Both the position numbers and the translations under genes were made by a program. A stretch of 64,000 nucleotides of DNA from the IMG/VR virus record IMGVR_UViG_2563366840_000011, positions 12,067 through 76,066 of that record, one strand, 5' to 3'. Origin of the DNA: a virus (Duplodnaviria; Heunggongvirae; Uroviricota; Caudoviricetes). This document shows positions 14,401 through 24,572 of the stretch, piece by piece. The notes below the pieces were generated by a model. It did not search any database, had not been told where the DNA came from, and was given only the letters and a program-made list of their open reading frames with translations. Each line of letters starts with the position of its first letter. The stretch's first letter is position 1.

Positions 14401-14574
14401 GACCCGCAAAATGATAATAATTATCATCTGCATGTCACAACGTGCATCTACGCCATCAAACCACGTCAAATAATCAATTATGACGCAGATATCGTATTAA
14501 TTGATCTGCATCAACTTAACGTAAAAACAACTTCAGACAATACAAATCAGCGACACTGAATACGGGACAACCTC

Positions 14575-14808
14575 ATGTCAACGAAGAACAGAACCCGCAG
14601 AACAACAACCCGCAACATCCGCTTTCCTAACCAAATGATTGAACAAATTAACATCGCTCTTGAGCAAAAAGGGTCCGGGAATTTCTCAGCCTGGGTCATT
14701 GAAGCCTGCCGCCGGAGACTGTGCTCAGAAAAAAGAGTTTCTTCTGAAGCAAACAAAGAAAAGAGTGACATTACTGAATTGCTCAGAAAACAGGTCAGAC
14801 CAGATTGA
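14575..14808 (+). CDS. ynfO: YnfO/YlcI-like small prophage protein
   Basis: 77-aa ORF MSTKNRTRRTTTRNIRFPNQMIEQINIALEQKGSGNFSAWVIEACRRRL...; size and position next to cos match the Qin-type gene as recalled. Confidence 0.6.
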   Translation: MSTKNRTRRTTTRNIRFPNQMIEQINIALEQKGSGNFSAWVIEACRRRLCSEKRVSSEANKEKSDITELLRKQVRPD

Positions 14809-14865
14809 AGCAATTTAGATAATCGTGCAGACTACGCCCCCTCATATCACATGGAAGGTTTATCT

Positions 14866-15276
14866 ATGGATCAGGTAGTCATTTTTAAACAAATATTTGA
14901 TAAAGTTCGAAACGATTTAAACTATCAATGGTTTTATTCTGAGCTAAAACGTCACAATGTCTCACATTACATTTACTATTTAGCCACAGAGAATGTTCAT
15001 ATTGTATTAAAAAATGATAATACAGTGTTATTAAAGGGCCTAAAAAACATTGTGTCTGTCAAATTTTCAAAGGATAGGCATCTTATAGAAACGACCTCTA
15101 ATAAGCTGAAATCCAGAGAGATCACATTTCAGGAATACAGAAGAAACCTTGCTAAAGCAGGAGTTTTTCGGTGGGTTACAAATATCCACGAACAAAAAAG
15201 ATATTACTATACCTTTGATAATTCATTACTATTTACTGAAAGCATCCAGAAAACTACACAGATCTTACCACGCTAA
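14866..15276 (+). CDS. ydfO: YdfO/YbcV-like prophage protein
   Basis: ATG at 14866 giving [39 protein letters not shown]... (136 aa); AT-rich, opposite strand to the phage late genes. Confidence 0.65.
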
Positions 15277-15427
15277 ACCATAACGTCCGGCTTCTCTCAC
15301 TCCTGAGCCGGACTGCATTGGTTTAATAAAAACCATCAACAATTGTGATTTAGATATTCGGAACCATTCAAATATAACAAAACCCCGTAAAAACGAGGTT
15401 TATGGATAAATTTTATTATTGAATACA

Positions 15428-15601
15428 TCAGATTAAATTAATCTTGACATCATAGCTTTCAAGACCCGTCATTTTTTCCCGTGCGGTAAACTGAATACTG
15501 GTAACTTCTTTCCCGGTCTTTTTCTTAAGTTCAATAATTTTTTTTGTTATATATTCAGAAATATCTGCTTCTGCTTTTGTTTTTAAGTTTTCAATATTCA
15601 T
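15428..15601 (-). CDS. gnsB: GnsA/GnsB-family small protein
   Basis: Minus-strand ORF below the 60-aa track cutoff: MNIENLKTKAEADISEYITKKIIELKKKTGKEVTSIQFTAREKMTGLESYDVKINLI; Gns-family-like; alternative start one codon upstream at 15604. Confidence 0.6.
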   Translation of the reverse strand: MNIENLKTKAEADISEYITKKIIELKKKTGKEVTSIQFTAREKMTGLESYDVKINLI

Positions 15602-15772
15602 CATTTCCTCTTTTAGTCTGTTATGACTTTCCAGTTACACAGTAAGTCGATTATATGGTGCAAACGTGTAAAAGATAAGATGAAACATCGCAATAATCAA
15701 CATACGATAGTCTAAATTTTACACAAACAGACAAAGAAAATTTTCCTGAATTATCAATACAATAGCATCAAA

Positions 15773-16003
15773 TCAACTCAAGAGCCTTATTGCTGCTTCC
15801 AGAATTTCTTCTGAAGTAACATGTCGATCCGCGGCTACATAAATGACTTTATGATCTCCGGTCAGAGATGGAAACCCTGCGGCCATTACAGTAAGGTGTG
15901 TTTTTTCGCCATTTGGATATTCACGCATGATGGTGTTAACTCCAGTCATCGCTGGCACTACCACTGCAGGTTCAGAGTTAAAAAAAACTATGATTTTTTT
16001 CAT
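15773..16003 (-). CDS. Hypothetical small protein (start uncertain)
   Basis: ORF MKKIIVFFNSEPAVVVPAMTGVNTIMREYPNGEKTHLTVMAAGF...; ORF track extends to 16045, but a terminator hairpin at 16051-16069 favours the internal start. Confidence 0.4.
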   Translation of the reverse strand: MKKIIVFFNSEPAVVVPAMTGVNTIMREYPNGEKTHLTVMAAGFPSLTGDHKVIYVAADRHVTSEEILEAAIRLLS

Positions 16004-16039
16004 GATGTTACCGTAGTATGTGAGTATCCATCGAATAGA

Positions 16040-16069
16040 TACCAAGCAAAAAAGCTCCCGAAGGAGCCT
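16040..16069 (-). terminator. Rho-independent terminator downstream of cspI
   Basis: Hairpin gctcc-cgaa-ggagc at 16053-16066, followed on the minus strand by TTTTTTGC. Confidence 0.6.
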
Positions 16070-16274
16070 TCATTTTCACTTTTTTAAATCCAACGACAGA
16101 CGGCTGGCATTTAAGTATTGTGAAATATTATCAAATGTAATCATCATTGATTTACAAAAGATACATTTTGCCCCGAAAGGATTCATGTCAGAAACATCAA
16201 AAGATGATGTTCTATACTGGGAACCATGACAACACGGGCATCTAAAGTGAATATGGTTTGTAATATTGTCTACC

Positions 16275-16487
16275 TCAAAGCGCCACTACATGAACAGCGG
16301 CAGGACCTTTAGGTCCGTTCTCAATACCAAATTCAACTTCCTGATTCTCAGTTAATGTTTTGAAATCGTTGCTCTGAATTGCTGAGAAATGGACAAACAC
16401 ATCTTTGCTGCCATCTTTCGGCGTGATGAAACCAAAACCTTTTTCAGGGTTAAACCATTTCACTAAACCAGTCATTTTGTTAGACAT
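16275..16487 (-). CDS. cspI: Cold shock protein CspI-like
   Basis: 70-aa [73 protein letters not shown]; CspA-family fold, sequence as recalled for CspI; long AT-rich 5' region upstream. Confidence 0.9.
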   Translation of the reverse strand: MSNKMTGLVKWFNPEKGFGFITPKDGSKDVFVHFSAIQSNDFKTLTENQEVEFGIENGPKGPAAVHVVAL

Positions 16488-16850
16488 AATTATTACCTTT
16501 TGAAGAAATTAGCCCTTGGGCAGAATGGTCCGAAAAAAAATATCAGAGAGAAAAACCAACAAGGAAATCTCAAGAGGTACAAATAATAAAATTATAACAA
16601 TGACTGCTTCAGATAAATTTGTAACAAACCAGAACACCATTAACGCATGATTAACCACCCATAGCAAGGATTACTTTTGTAAAGAAAAACACAGCAATGA
16701 AAGAATAGCTTTATTTATTAATAATAACGTGTCATTCTGATTAAGACCTTTTATCTTACCCTTAAGATTTCAGGAATTTTGGCTCATGGAAGAGTCCTTT
16801 TTATTTAAATTTTACATTCCGCGATGTAAATGTTCCGATTTAATATTACC

Positions 16851-17874
<1,024 letters not shown>

Positions 17875-17878
<4 letters not shown>

Positions 17879-18186
17879 ATATATTTATGATGAGGACGCT
17901 CGTGCTTATTGGCAGGATTTTCAATCTTAAAGGAGTACTGATGCTGCAGATAAGACTCAACTTTTTCTGACAATTTTTCTGCTACTTCCAGGAAGACTTG
18001 CCGGACGCTCCTTCTGGCTGCTGCCTCATAAAACTCCAGCGCAGCTCCTTCAACACGGTCCATGGCGACATCCAGGTCAAAAATTTCACCGTCAAAGCGT
18101 TCTTTGTCCTGTAAGGCTACAGTTACCGTAACTTTATTCTCAAAATTACGGACTCCTTTCACAACCAGTTCATAGTCTTGAGTCAT
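17875..18186 (-). CDS. ydfR: YdfR-like protein of unknown function inside the lysis cassette
   Basis: 103-aa ORF MTQDYELVVKGVRNFENKVTVTVALQDKERFDGEIFDL... between holin and endolysin. Confidence 0.6.
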
Positions 18187-18190
18187 TGGA

Positions 18191-18406
18191 TTACTCTCCT
18201 CTCGCAGCCTTACGCCTGTCTTCTTTAATCTTGAAATAAAGATTTGTCAGATACGTCAGCAGGCCAAAAACCAGGCTACCCAGCACACCGATTGCAGCCC
18301 ACTGTGACGGAGTTACTTTATCGAGTAACTGCAATGCCCAGAAACCAGCATTACCCGCCGATGTGCCATAGGCAACACCTGTTGTTAACTTATCCATTGA
18401 TTTCAT
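18191..18406 (-). CDS. essQ: Class II pinholin (phage 21 S-like) with dual-start motif
   Basis: ATG at 18406 gives [71 protein letters not shown] (71 aa), two TMDs, Met1/Met4 dual start; ORF track extends to 18481. Confidence 0.85.
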   Translation of the reverse strand: MKSMDKLTTGVAYGTSAGNAGFWALQLLDKVTPSQWAAIGVLGSLVFGLLTYLTNLYFKIKEDRRKAARGE

Positions 18407-18625
18407 ATCCTCACCCCGATGTACACGGATGGTGCAATATGTTTGAAAAGATCGGAGTCTACGGGGTAGTTTTGACAGCACACGTTGTTCTCAACGGCGC
18501 TAAAAAAACATACACATTAAAAATGTGGGTAATTATTTTGAAAGAAAGTCATATATAAAATAATAATACGAGAAATGTTTTCATATTTAGTGTACTGTAT
18601 ACGGCCATTTATACAGGAAAAGCCT

Positions 18626-18796
18626 ATGTCAGAACGTAAAAACTCAAAATCACGCCGTAATTATCTCGTTAAATGTTCCTGCCCAAACTGCACCCAAGAG
18701 TCAGAACACAGTTTTTCAAGAGTACAAAAAGGTGCCCTTTTGATCTGCCCTCATTGCAACAAAGTATTCCAGACAAATCTTAAAGCTGTAGCCTGA
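18626..18796 (+). CDS. Hypothetical small zinc-ribbon protein (CxxC...CxxC)
   Basis: ATG at 18626 preceded by AGGAAAAG; MSERKNSKSRRNYLVKCSCPNCTQESEHSFSRVQKGALLICPHCNKVFQTNLKAVA; opposite strand to the late operon. Confidence 0.4.
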   Translation: MSERKNSKSRRNYLVKCSCPNCTQESEHSFSRVQKGALLICPHCNKVFQTNLKAVA

Positions 18797-18850
18797 TTGA
18801 TTTTATTAGTAACAAGTATTTTTTATATTTTAATAATATATTTAAAGCAG

Positions 18851-18880
18851 ATAATAAAAAACCCGCCTGAGCGGGTTTGA
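18851..18880 (-). terminator. Rho-independent terminator downstream of cspB
   Basis: Hairpin aacccgc-ctga-gcgggtt at about 18859-18878, followed on the minus strand by TTTTTTATT. Confidence 0.65.
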
Positions 18881-19159
18881 GATTGTGGTGCTTTTTGTGG
18901 GAGTCATCCACTTACGCACTTTGTTTTGCCATGCCAGCAGTTAGCTTCTGCTGTAAAACTATTCATGCAGCAAACCTGCACTTCACCACAATGGTTAGCA
19001 TACTTTTCCTGATTAAGATTTTGCCAAATATGCTAGCCATTGTTTCATGTATTGGACCTCCTTACTTTTTATTAAAGAGATCCAATATTCACTACTCTGT
19101 CCGTATCTCTACTCAGGCATCAGCCTTCTTCGTTATCGTATACAGACGAGCGATGAATT

Positions 19160-19375
19160 TTAATCAGTAATGATGACATTTGCTGCTGCAGGACCTTTAG
19201 CACCACTCTCTATAGAGAAGGTAACCTTTTGACCTTCAAATAAGGTTCGATAATTATCATTCTGAATCGCAGAAAAATGCACAAACACATCTTTACTACC
19301 ATCAACAGGAGAAATAAAGCCGAAACCTTTATCAGCGTTAAACCATTTTACTAAACCAGTCATTTTATTTGACAT
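19160..19375 (-). CDS. cspB: Cold shock protein CspB-like
   Basis: 71-aa [74 protein letters not shown]. Confidence 0.9.
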   Translation of the reverse strand: MSNKMTGLVKWFNADKGFGFISPVDGSKDVFVHFSAIQNDNYRTLFEGQKVTFSIESGAKGPAAANVIITD

Positions 19376-19675
19376 TCTACATTCCTTAACTTGAGCCTTT
19401 CGGCATAAATGGTTTGCATAACAGAAACGACTTCGTACTTAATTGGAGAGACTCAAAGAAGGAATAAGTGAATAACACCTGAAATGAGAACTGCTTTAGT
19501 AAACTACTTCGTATATCGTCTGTTCTTCAAACCGACGCAATCATTAACGCATAGTTGAACATATGAAGCAATGTTTATTTTAGACATCCAGCCATCTTCA
19601 ACCCCATCAAAAAACTATAGCTTTCTTCAGGAACGTGTGTATAGTGCGCCAAGTTATCAGTATTAAGGAATTTTT

Positions 19676-19888
19676 TTGTCCCGTAAAATGACAGGAATTG
19701 TCAAAACCTTTGACGGCAAAAGCGGCAAGGGTCTTATCACCCCATCCGATGGTCGTATCGATGTCCAGCTTCATGTTTCAGCGCTCAATCTCCGCGATGC
19801 AGAAGAAATTACCACCGGATTACGCGTGGAATTTTGCCGGATAAATGGTCTGCGTGGCCCTTCAGCTGCCAATGTTTACCTTTCATGA
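19676..19888 (+). CDS. cspF: Cold shock protein homolog CspF-like
   Basis: 70-aa [73 protein letters not shown]; divergent from cspB. Confidence 0.85.
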
Positions 19889-20164
19889 GCTATATTAAAG
19901 CTTTAATTTCAGGCCCCATCGGATCACACATGGAGAGTTTTTATGAATAACCCCGTCTGTCTTGATGACTGGTTGATTGGCTTTAAAAGCTTATGCTGTA
20001 CTTTGGCCGTAATAGCTCTGCTAATAATATAATAAGCAGACTCATTGTGTTTAGGGACATTGTACTGGAAGAAAACATTTTAAACATCAGGCAAATAACC
20101 AAGTCACCAGCTAAATAATAAGTTAACAGACATGAGTCCCGGGATGAGATTCAACATTACCATT

Positions 20165-20206
20165 GCCCCATTTAAAGCACAAAACCCGCTCATCAGCGGG
20201 TTTTCT
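20165..20206 (-). terminator. Candidate tR'-like terminator downstream of the late promoter (possibly bidirectional)
   Basis: Hairpin aacccgct-catc-agcgggtt at 20183-20206, followed on the minus strand by TTTTGTGCTTT; about 60 nt downstream of the candidate PR'. Confidence 0.5.
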
Positions 20207-20249
20207 ACTTTTTCTTAACGTCGGGTATACAAAGCCCATCGTTGAAAAA

Positions 20250-20278
20250 ATTTTATCCATATTTTTTGAAAAATGCAA
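20250..20278 (-). promoter_or_regulatory. Candidate PR'-like late promoter just downstream of Q
   Basis: Minus-strand TTGCAT, 17-bp spacer, TAAAAT, beginning about 30 nt after the Q stop codon. Confidence 0.5.
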
Positions 20279-20309
20279 ACATCATGTCGCCATCTTCAGC
20301 AAAAATCAT

Positions 20310-21062
20310 TTATCTCGTCACCTTCCTCAATTGCGCTTCCGCGTATGCTTCTTCCTGCCAGCACTTTGTTACCAGTTTACCAATGACGTCCGCATACCCC
20401 TTATACCACTGATAATCGGTCAGGTCTGGTACCAGCTTCTGGACATGACGTCGTGCCAGCGTGGTCGGTAAACGACTAAACCGGTTTCCATTACAACGCC
20501 CACAAATCTTATATACCGGTACGCCATGAAACCGGGTTCTTTTTTCATCCAGAACAATCCCTTTACCCTTACACCCTCTGCACGCTGTGCTGGCTTCGCC
20601 CTTACCATGGCAATGCTGACATAGTTCCTTCACCCATTCTTCCTTGATTACAGATTCCCCGCGTCTGTAGTGTTTCACCACTTCGCGCAATACATTATAA
20701 AATCCCGTACCTGAACAATGCTCACAGCGAGCCTTACTTGCCGCAGACCTGGAGTAATCAGCAAAGGCAAAACTCACGAGGTAAGGAATAATCTGTAACC
20801 GGATTTCTTCACTCAATTTGTTCAATGTCGGGTTATCCAGTGCCATCGCGTAATTTAGCAGGCCTTCAATCGCAAACTGAGGGTCCTGAACACCAACTTT
20901 TGCCAGAAATAAGGCCAACCCAAGTGGTGCTTTCGACTGCACCATCCCCTGCGCTGCCATTACATCCGTAATTGTTAAACAACCGGTGCCTGTCGCTGGA
21001 GCGTCATCGCTCAATTTTGGAGATTTTGGGGAGTAATATTTTGGTAAGGCTTCAAGGTTCAT
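20310..21062 (-). CDS. quuQ: Late antiterminator Q (Qin-type)
   Basis: From ATG at 21062: MNLEALPKYYSPKSPKLSDDAPATGTGCLTITDVMAAQGMV... (250 aa) with Cys-rich zinc-binding region; upstream of the lysis cassette. Confidence 0.85.
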   Translation of the reverse strand: MNLEALPKYYSPKSPKLSDDAPATGTGCLTITDVMAAQGMVQSKAPLGLALFLAKVGVQDPQFAIEGLLNYAMALDNPTLNKLSEEIRLQIIPYLVSFAFADYSRSAASKARCEHCSGTGFYNVLREVVKHYRRGESVIKEEWVKELCQHCHGKGEASTACRGCKGKGIVLDEKRTRFHGVPVYKICGRCNGNRFSRLPTTLARRHVQKLVPDLTDYQWYKGYADVIGKLVTKCWQEEAYAEAQLRKVTR

Positions 21063-21075
21063 GCTCGTTCTCCAC

Positions 21076-22125
21076 TTACGCCAGTACGCCAATTGCCAGC
21101 GCGCGATCGATAAAACGAAATATCAGCTCCAGTTGGGAGCCATACTTATCTTCAAATGCCACTGTATCCGTATGCAGCTCGTTGTGATGCTTTCTGCACA
21201 AAGGCAACACAAAGAGATCATGTGCTTTTGTTCCCATTCCGCCCTGCCCGTGACCAATCAGATGATGCGGATCGTCGGCTGGCATACCGCAGCAAGCACA
21301 CGGCTGTGTCTTAACCCAACGTGTGTATTTCTCCTTAACCCAGCGGCGACGTTTAGGCAGCTTCATGAAAGATTCCGGAGACTCTGGATCAACGGTGATG
21401 CTTACCACCGTCTTTTCCTGTGGTGATTTTTGTTGCTGGTGGGCGTAAGGCAACGGTGCAAGATTTTTTGTGCGTTGTTTCAATATGCTGGTGGCGGTCT
21501 GCTCTCCCGGTACGATGTCGCTTTCGCGGTACACCGAGCAGATTTTTTCCGCTGGTAATCCCAGCGAACGACGCGATACAGCCTCAGGTAGTGCATCCAC
21601 CACCTGATTGCAGACCGCCCACCAGGATAATTCAGCCAAAGATAATTCCCGCTCCTGCGTACCGCTTATTGCGTGACGGATGACGTCAATCACCCATGCT
21701 GTCAGATTTTGTTGAGCAAGCAGCTCCAGTGATTCCGATGTCTGGTCACGCAGTTGGTTGTCGCAGTGCCAGCACAACACCATTGCGCCGGTACCATAAC
21801 GGTGAATGACTGTTTCAGTGTGATGGTAATCGCCATTAGGCCACTGGCAGGATGTAACATGACGTAATAGCCAGTCGGACAATGCGCCAACGCCGCCAGC
21901 AGCACGAATCACCCGTTCGTTACTAAAAAACGGCAGCAATGTTTTGTCTTCCGCCAGCGGCTGGCGAACGGCAGGAACGACTCCGGATGGCAGATTACGC
22001 ATGCTTTTTGGTTCCGGTTCCACCAGCACTCGAGGATTATGAAATATCTGTATGGATTCACGGCCCGGCTTAAGGACCACCAGCCCAAGCTCAGGCACCA
22101 GAACAGGTCTAAGTAATACCCGCAC
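21076..22125 (-). CDS. ydfU: YdfU-like protein with C-terminal HNH-like Cys/His motif
   Basis: GTG at 22125 preceded by GGAGG; C-terminus ...QPCACCGMPADDPHHLIGHGQGGMGTKAHDLFVLPLCRKHHNELH; 349 aa from this start, ORF track extends to 22164. Confidence 0.7.
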   Translation of the reverse strand: MRVLLRPVLVPELGLVVLKPGRESIQIFHNPRVLVEPEPKSMRNLPSGVVPAVRQPLAEDKTLLPFFSNERVIRAAGGVGALSDWLLRHVTSCQWPNGDYHHTETVIHRYGTGAMVLCWHCDNQLRDQTSESLELLAQQNLTAWVIDVIRHAISGTQERELSLAELSWWAVCNQVVDALPEAVSRRSLGLPAEKICSVYRESDIVPGEQTATSILKQRTKNLAPLPYAHQQQKSPQEKTVVSITVDPESPESFMKLPKRRRWVKEKYTRWVKTQPCACCGMPADDPHHLIGHGQGGMGTKAHDLFVLPLCRKHHNELHTDTVAFEDKYGSQLELIFRFIDRALAIGVLA

Positions 22126-22126
22126 G

Positions 22127-22405
22127 TTACCTCCAGATCCGTTGCTGGAAAGTGCGGGACGCACGTGGTGGGCGTTCGGAATAAGGCAGCCTGACAGAGA
22201 TTATCCAGTGCCGATAGTCGAGACTGAGAGCTTTCTTAACCTCGAACCCGCGCCTGCGGTAAGAATGAATCAGCCATTCGGCCTGTTCTGCAGTGCATGG
22301 AGGGTGCTGGAACCATTCAGACTTGAATGCGTGAGAATACCGCCCGTGCGTGCAGGCAAGAACGGGCGAATTATCAGAATTGTAATATTTTGCGTTGCGT
22401 GCCAT
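22127..22405 (-). CDS. Hypothetical protein
   Basis: 92-aa ORF MARNAKYYNSDNSPVLACTHGRYSHAFKSEWFQHPPCTAEQAEWLIHSYRRRGFEV...; stop abuts the ydfU start. Confidence 0.45.
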   Translation of the reverse strand: MARNAKYYNSDNSPVLACTHGRYSHAFKSEWFQHPPCTAEQAEWLIHSYRRRGFEVKKALSLDYRHWIISVRLPYSERPPRASRTFQQRIWR

Positions 22406-22471
22406 CGGTTTTCTCCGGTGGCACGGTGTTACTCAGCGGGAGTTCAGCCCCGCGCAAGATTGTAGATGAGT

Positions 22472-22723
22472 TTATTCTTCTGAAAAAGCAGAAAAGCCAG
22501 CTTTTATTCCGATCTCTTTCAATGCCTGTAATGAAGTGACAAACTCACCTTCGCGCAAGATAAATCCGTCCGTGACCCGAGCATCCACAAAATTAATTAA
22601 CGCAGCCCCATTCTTTCGCAAACACATAATGCGGTAATGACTAACAAGATTTCCATTTTCAACGCACACAGCATAGAGGCCATCTTCACAAAAAATTTTA
22701 CGCAGTTCTTCGATGTTCATCAT
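22472..22723 (-). CDS. rem: Rem-like small protein (assignment by size and position only)
   Basis: 83-aa ORF MMNIEELRKIFCEDGLYAVCVENGNLVSHYRIMCLRKNGAALINFVDARV... between ydfU and hokD. Confidence 0.45.
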   Translation of the reverse strand: MMNIEELRKIFCEDGLYAVCVENGNLVSHYRIMCLRKNGAALINFVDARVTDGFILREGEFVTSLQALKEIGIKAGFSAFSEE

Positions 22724-22835
22724 CAGAATCCTTCCGGATAATTAGCTCTCCCCTTTAAGGGACCATCCCTCTTATCCCTGCGCGCTACTTAAGTATTTTT
22801 GATTCTATTCCGGCACCGTCCAGAACTTCAAACGC

Positions 22836-22871
22836 GTTGAAAATAAAAACAAAAACCCGCCGAAGCGGGTT
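22836..22871 (-). terminator. Rho-independent terminator of the relB-relE-hokD operon
   Basis: Hairpin aacccgc-cgaa-gcgggtt at 22854-22871, followed on the minus strand by TTTTTGTTTTTATTTT. Confidence 0.7.
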
Positions 22872-22939
22872 AAGTGCGGGTGCGTTGAGGATGCCTGCCA
22901 CATCAGAGGTGGCGAGGGATTTCTCCCCCGCCGGGTCTC

Positions 22940-23095
22940 TTACTCCTCAGGTTCGTAAGCTGTGAAGACAGCGACCTCCGTCTGGCCGGTTCGGATTCGT
23001 ACCTCGCAGAGGTCTTTCCTCGTTACCAGTGCCGTCACTATGACGGTTAAACAGATGACGATCAGGGCGATTAACATCGCCTTTTGCTGCTTCAT
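22940..23095 (-). CDS. hokD: Hok-family membrane toxin HokD (RelF)
   Basis: Minus-strand ORF missed by the 60-aa cutoff: MKQQKAMLIALIVICLTVIVTALVTRKDLCEVRIRTGQTEVAVFTAYEPEE (51 aa). Confidence 0.85.
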   Translation of the reverse strand: MKQQKAMLIALIVICLTVIVTALVTRKDLCEVRIRTGQTEVAVFTAYEPEE

Positions 23096-23166
23096 AGCCT
23101 GCTTCTCCTGTCAACGCAAAGCAGAAGTGTCACCTTCGGTGCGAAACAGAGATGTCATGCTTTGGT

Positions 23167-23454
23167 TCAGAGAATGCGTTTGACCGCCTCGCTATATACT
23201 TCCGAGCGTTCTCTTTTCCCAACAGAAATCACGAAAACGACAACTTTCTCGTCTATAACCTGGTATACAAGGCGATAGCCTGAAGACCGGAGCTTAATCT
23301 TGTAACAATCAGGCATACCACGGAGCTTGTTTGCTTCAATCCGGGGTGACTCAAGTACTTCAACCAGCTTCTTTTTCAACTGTTCACGTACCGTCGAGCC
23401 CAGCTTTCGCCATTCCTTTAGTGCCCGCTCGTCAAAATCCAGAAAATACGCCAT
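23167..23454 (-). CDS. relE: RelE mRNA interferase toxin
   Basis: 95-aa ORF MAYFLDFDERALKEWRKLGSTVREQLKKKLVEVLESPRIEANKLRGMPDCYKIKLRSSGYRLVYQVIDEKVVVFVISVGKRE... Confidence 0.93.
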   Translation of the reverse strand: MAYFLDFDERALKEWRKLGSTVREQLKKKLVEVLESPRIEANKLRGMPDCYKIKLRSSGYRLVYQVIDEKVVVFVISVGKRERSEVYSEAVKRIL

Positions 23455-23693
23455 CAGAGTTCATCCAGCGTCACACGTACTGGCTTAGGATTACGAAGCC
23501 GTTCTTTCACTATCTCCACAAGTTCAGCATCTTCATCACTCAGGAGTGTCTGTTTGAACGGCAAGCGTTCATTGTCAGCGATATACTCGAGCATGAGACG
23601 AAGCGCTTCAGAAGGAGTTACACCCATTTTTTCAAGCGCGGCGTAAGAACGCGCTTTAAGTTCATCGTCAATACGCAGGTTAATGCTACCCAT
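23454..23693 (-). CDS. relB: RelB antitoxin
   Basis: 79-aa ORF MGSINLRIDDELKARSYAALEKMGVTPSEALRLMLEYIADNERLPFKQTLLSDEDAELVEIVKERLRNPKPVRVTLDEL; one-base overlap with relE. Confidence 0.93.
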   Translation of the reverse strand: MGSINLRIDDELKARSYAALEKMGVTPSEALRLMLEYIADNERLPFKQTLLSDEDAELVEIVKERLRNPKPVRVTLDEL

Positions 23694-23699
23694 GTCTTA

Positions 23700-23735
23700 C
23701 ACCTCTTGTAATTACAAATGTCATTACAAGTATCG
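23700..23735 (-). promoter_or_regulatory. relBE promoter/operator (relO-like TTGTAAT repeats)
   Basis: Minus strand reads CTTGTAATGACATTTGTAATTACAAGAGGTGTAAGAC immediately before the relB ATG. Confidence 0.75.
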
Positions 23736-24023
23736 CACTACAACATGCTTAGGGCAAGTCACGAAGGAAGTCAGAAAGTAGTCGTAAGAACGGTGATCAC
23801 TGTCCGCTTTGTGCCAGGAGCAGCCATTGCTAAGTCCATCCTGTATTGTGCAGGTCAGCTCGTTTTTAAAGAGTCCGGCCATCATCTTACTGGTACAGAC
23901 ACCATATACTTTGTGACGGTCAGGCTACATATGCACAACTCAACTTATTCATCTATTTTTTGCTTTAGCATGTCAGTGTTGCTTTCTCGTCGGCGGGTGA
24001 GCGGTGACCTGACCTGTCGATAA
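23718..24023 (+). CDS. ydfV: YdfV-like hypothetical ORF (possibly non-coding)
   Basis: 101-aa ORF between relB and flxA; no recognisable motif; assignment by size and position only. Confidence 0.3.
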   Translation: MSLQVSHYNMLRASHEGSQKVVVRTVITVRFVPGAAIAKSILYCAGQLVFKESGHHLTGTDTIYFVTVRLHMHNSTYSSIFCFSMSVLLSRRRVSGDLTCR

Positions 24024-24225
24024 AGGAACGTAACACGTTTTATGCAACACCCGCATGCGGCAGAAAATTATTGCCGAACGTTTACCCCTGTCAACAAGCT
24101 TTACTTTCTGAGGCGCGCCAGCCCGCGAGGAAAACAATCTGAACATCAAACAATTAATGACACAAGAAATACGATTAAAGATTTTTTTGTGCATGCCGAT
24201 AGTGCTTTTTTAAAAGGAGAAATCT

Positions 24226-24558
24226 ATGTCTGTCACAATTCAGGGAAATACCTCAACCGTTATTTCAAACAACTCCGCCCCGGAAGGAACATCAGAAATA
24301 GCCAAAATCACAAGACAAATTCAGGTGCTGACTGAAAAGCTTGGGAAAATCTCATCGGAAGAGGGGATGACGACACAGCAGAAAAAAGAAATGGCTGCAT
24401 TGGTACAGAAGCAAATTGAAAGCCTCTGGGCTCAACTGGAGCAGTTGTTAAGGCAGCAGGCAGAGAAAAAGAATGAAGACGCGACAGTTCAGCCTGATAA
24501 AAAAGAAGAGAAAAAAGACGATACAAATACCGCTGGCACCATTGATATTTACGTCTAA
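24226..24558 (+). CDS. flxA: FlxA-like protein
   Basis: 110-aa ORF MSVTIQGNTSTVISNNSAPEGTSEIAKITRQIQVLTEKLGKISSEEGMTTQQKKEMAALVQKQIESLWAQLEQLLRQQAEKKNE... Confidence 0.85.
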   Translation: MSVTIQGNTSTVISNNSAPEGTSEIAKITRQIQVLTEKLGKISSEEGMTTQQKKEMAALVQKQIESLWAQLEQLLRQQAEKKNEDATVQPDKKEEKKDDTNTAGTIDIYV

Positions 24559-24572
24559 GTGACAGCCGTATT

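Noticed and set aside
22127-22405. Calling the 92-aa ORF upstream of ydfU as rem
   Set aside because: Size does not match the 83-aa length I recall for rem, while the neighbouring 83-aa ORF does; left as hypothetical.
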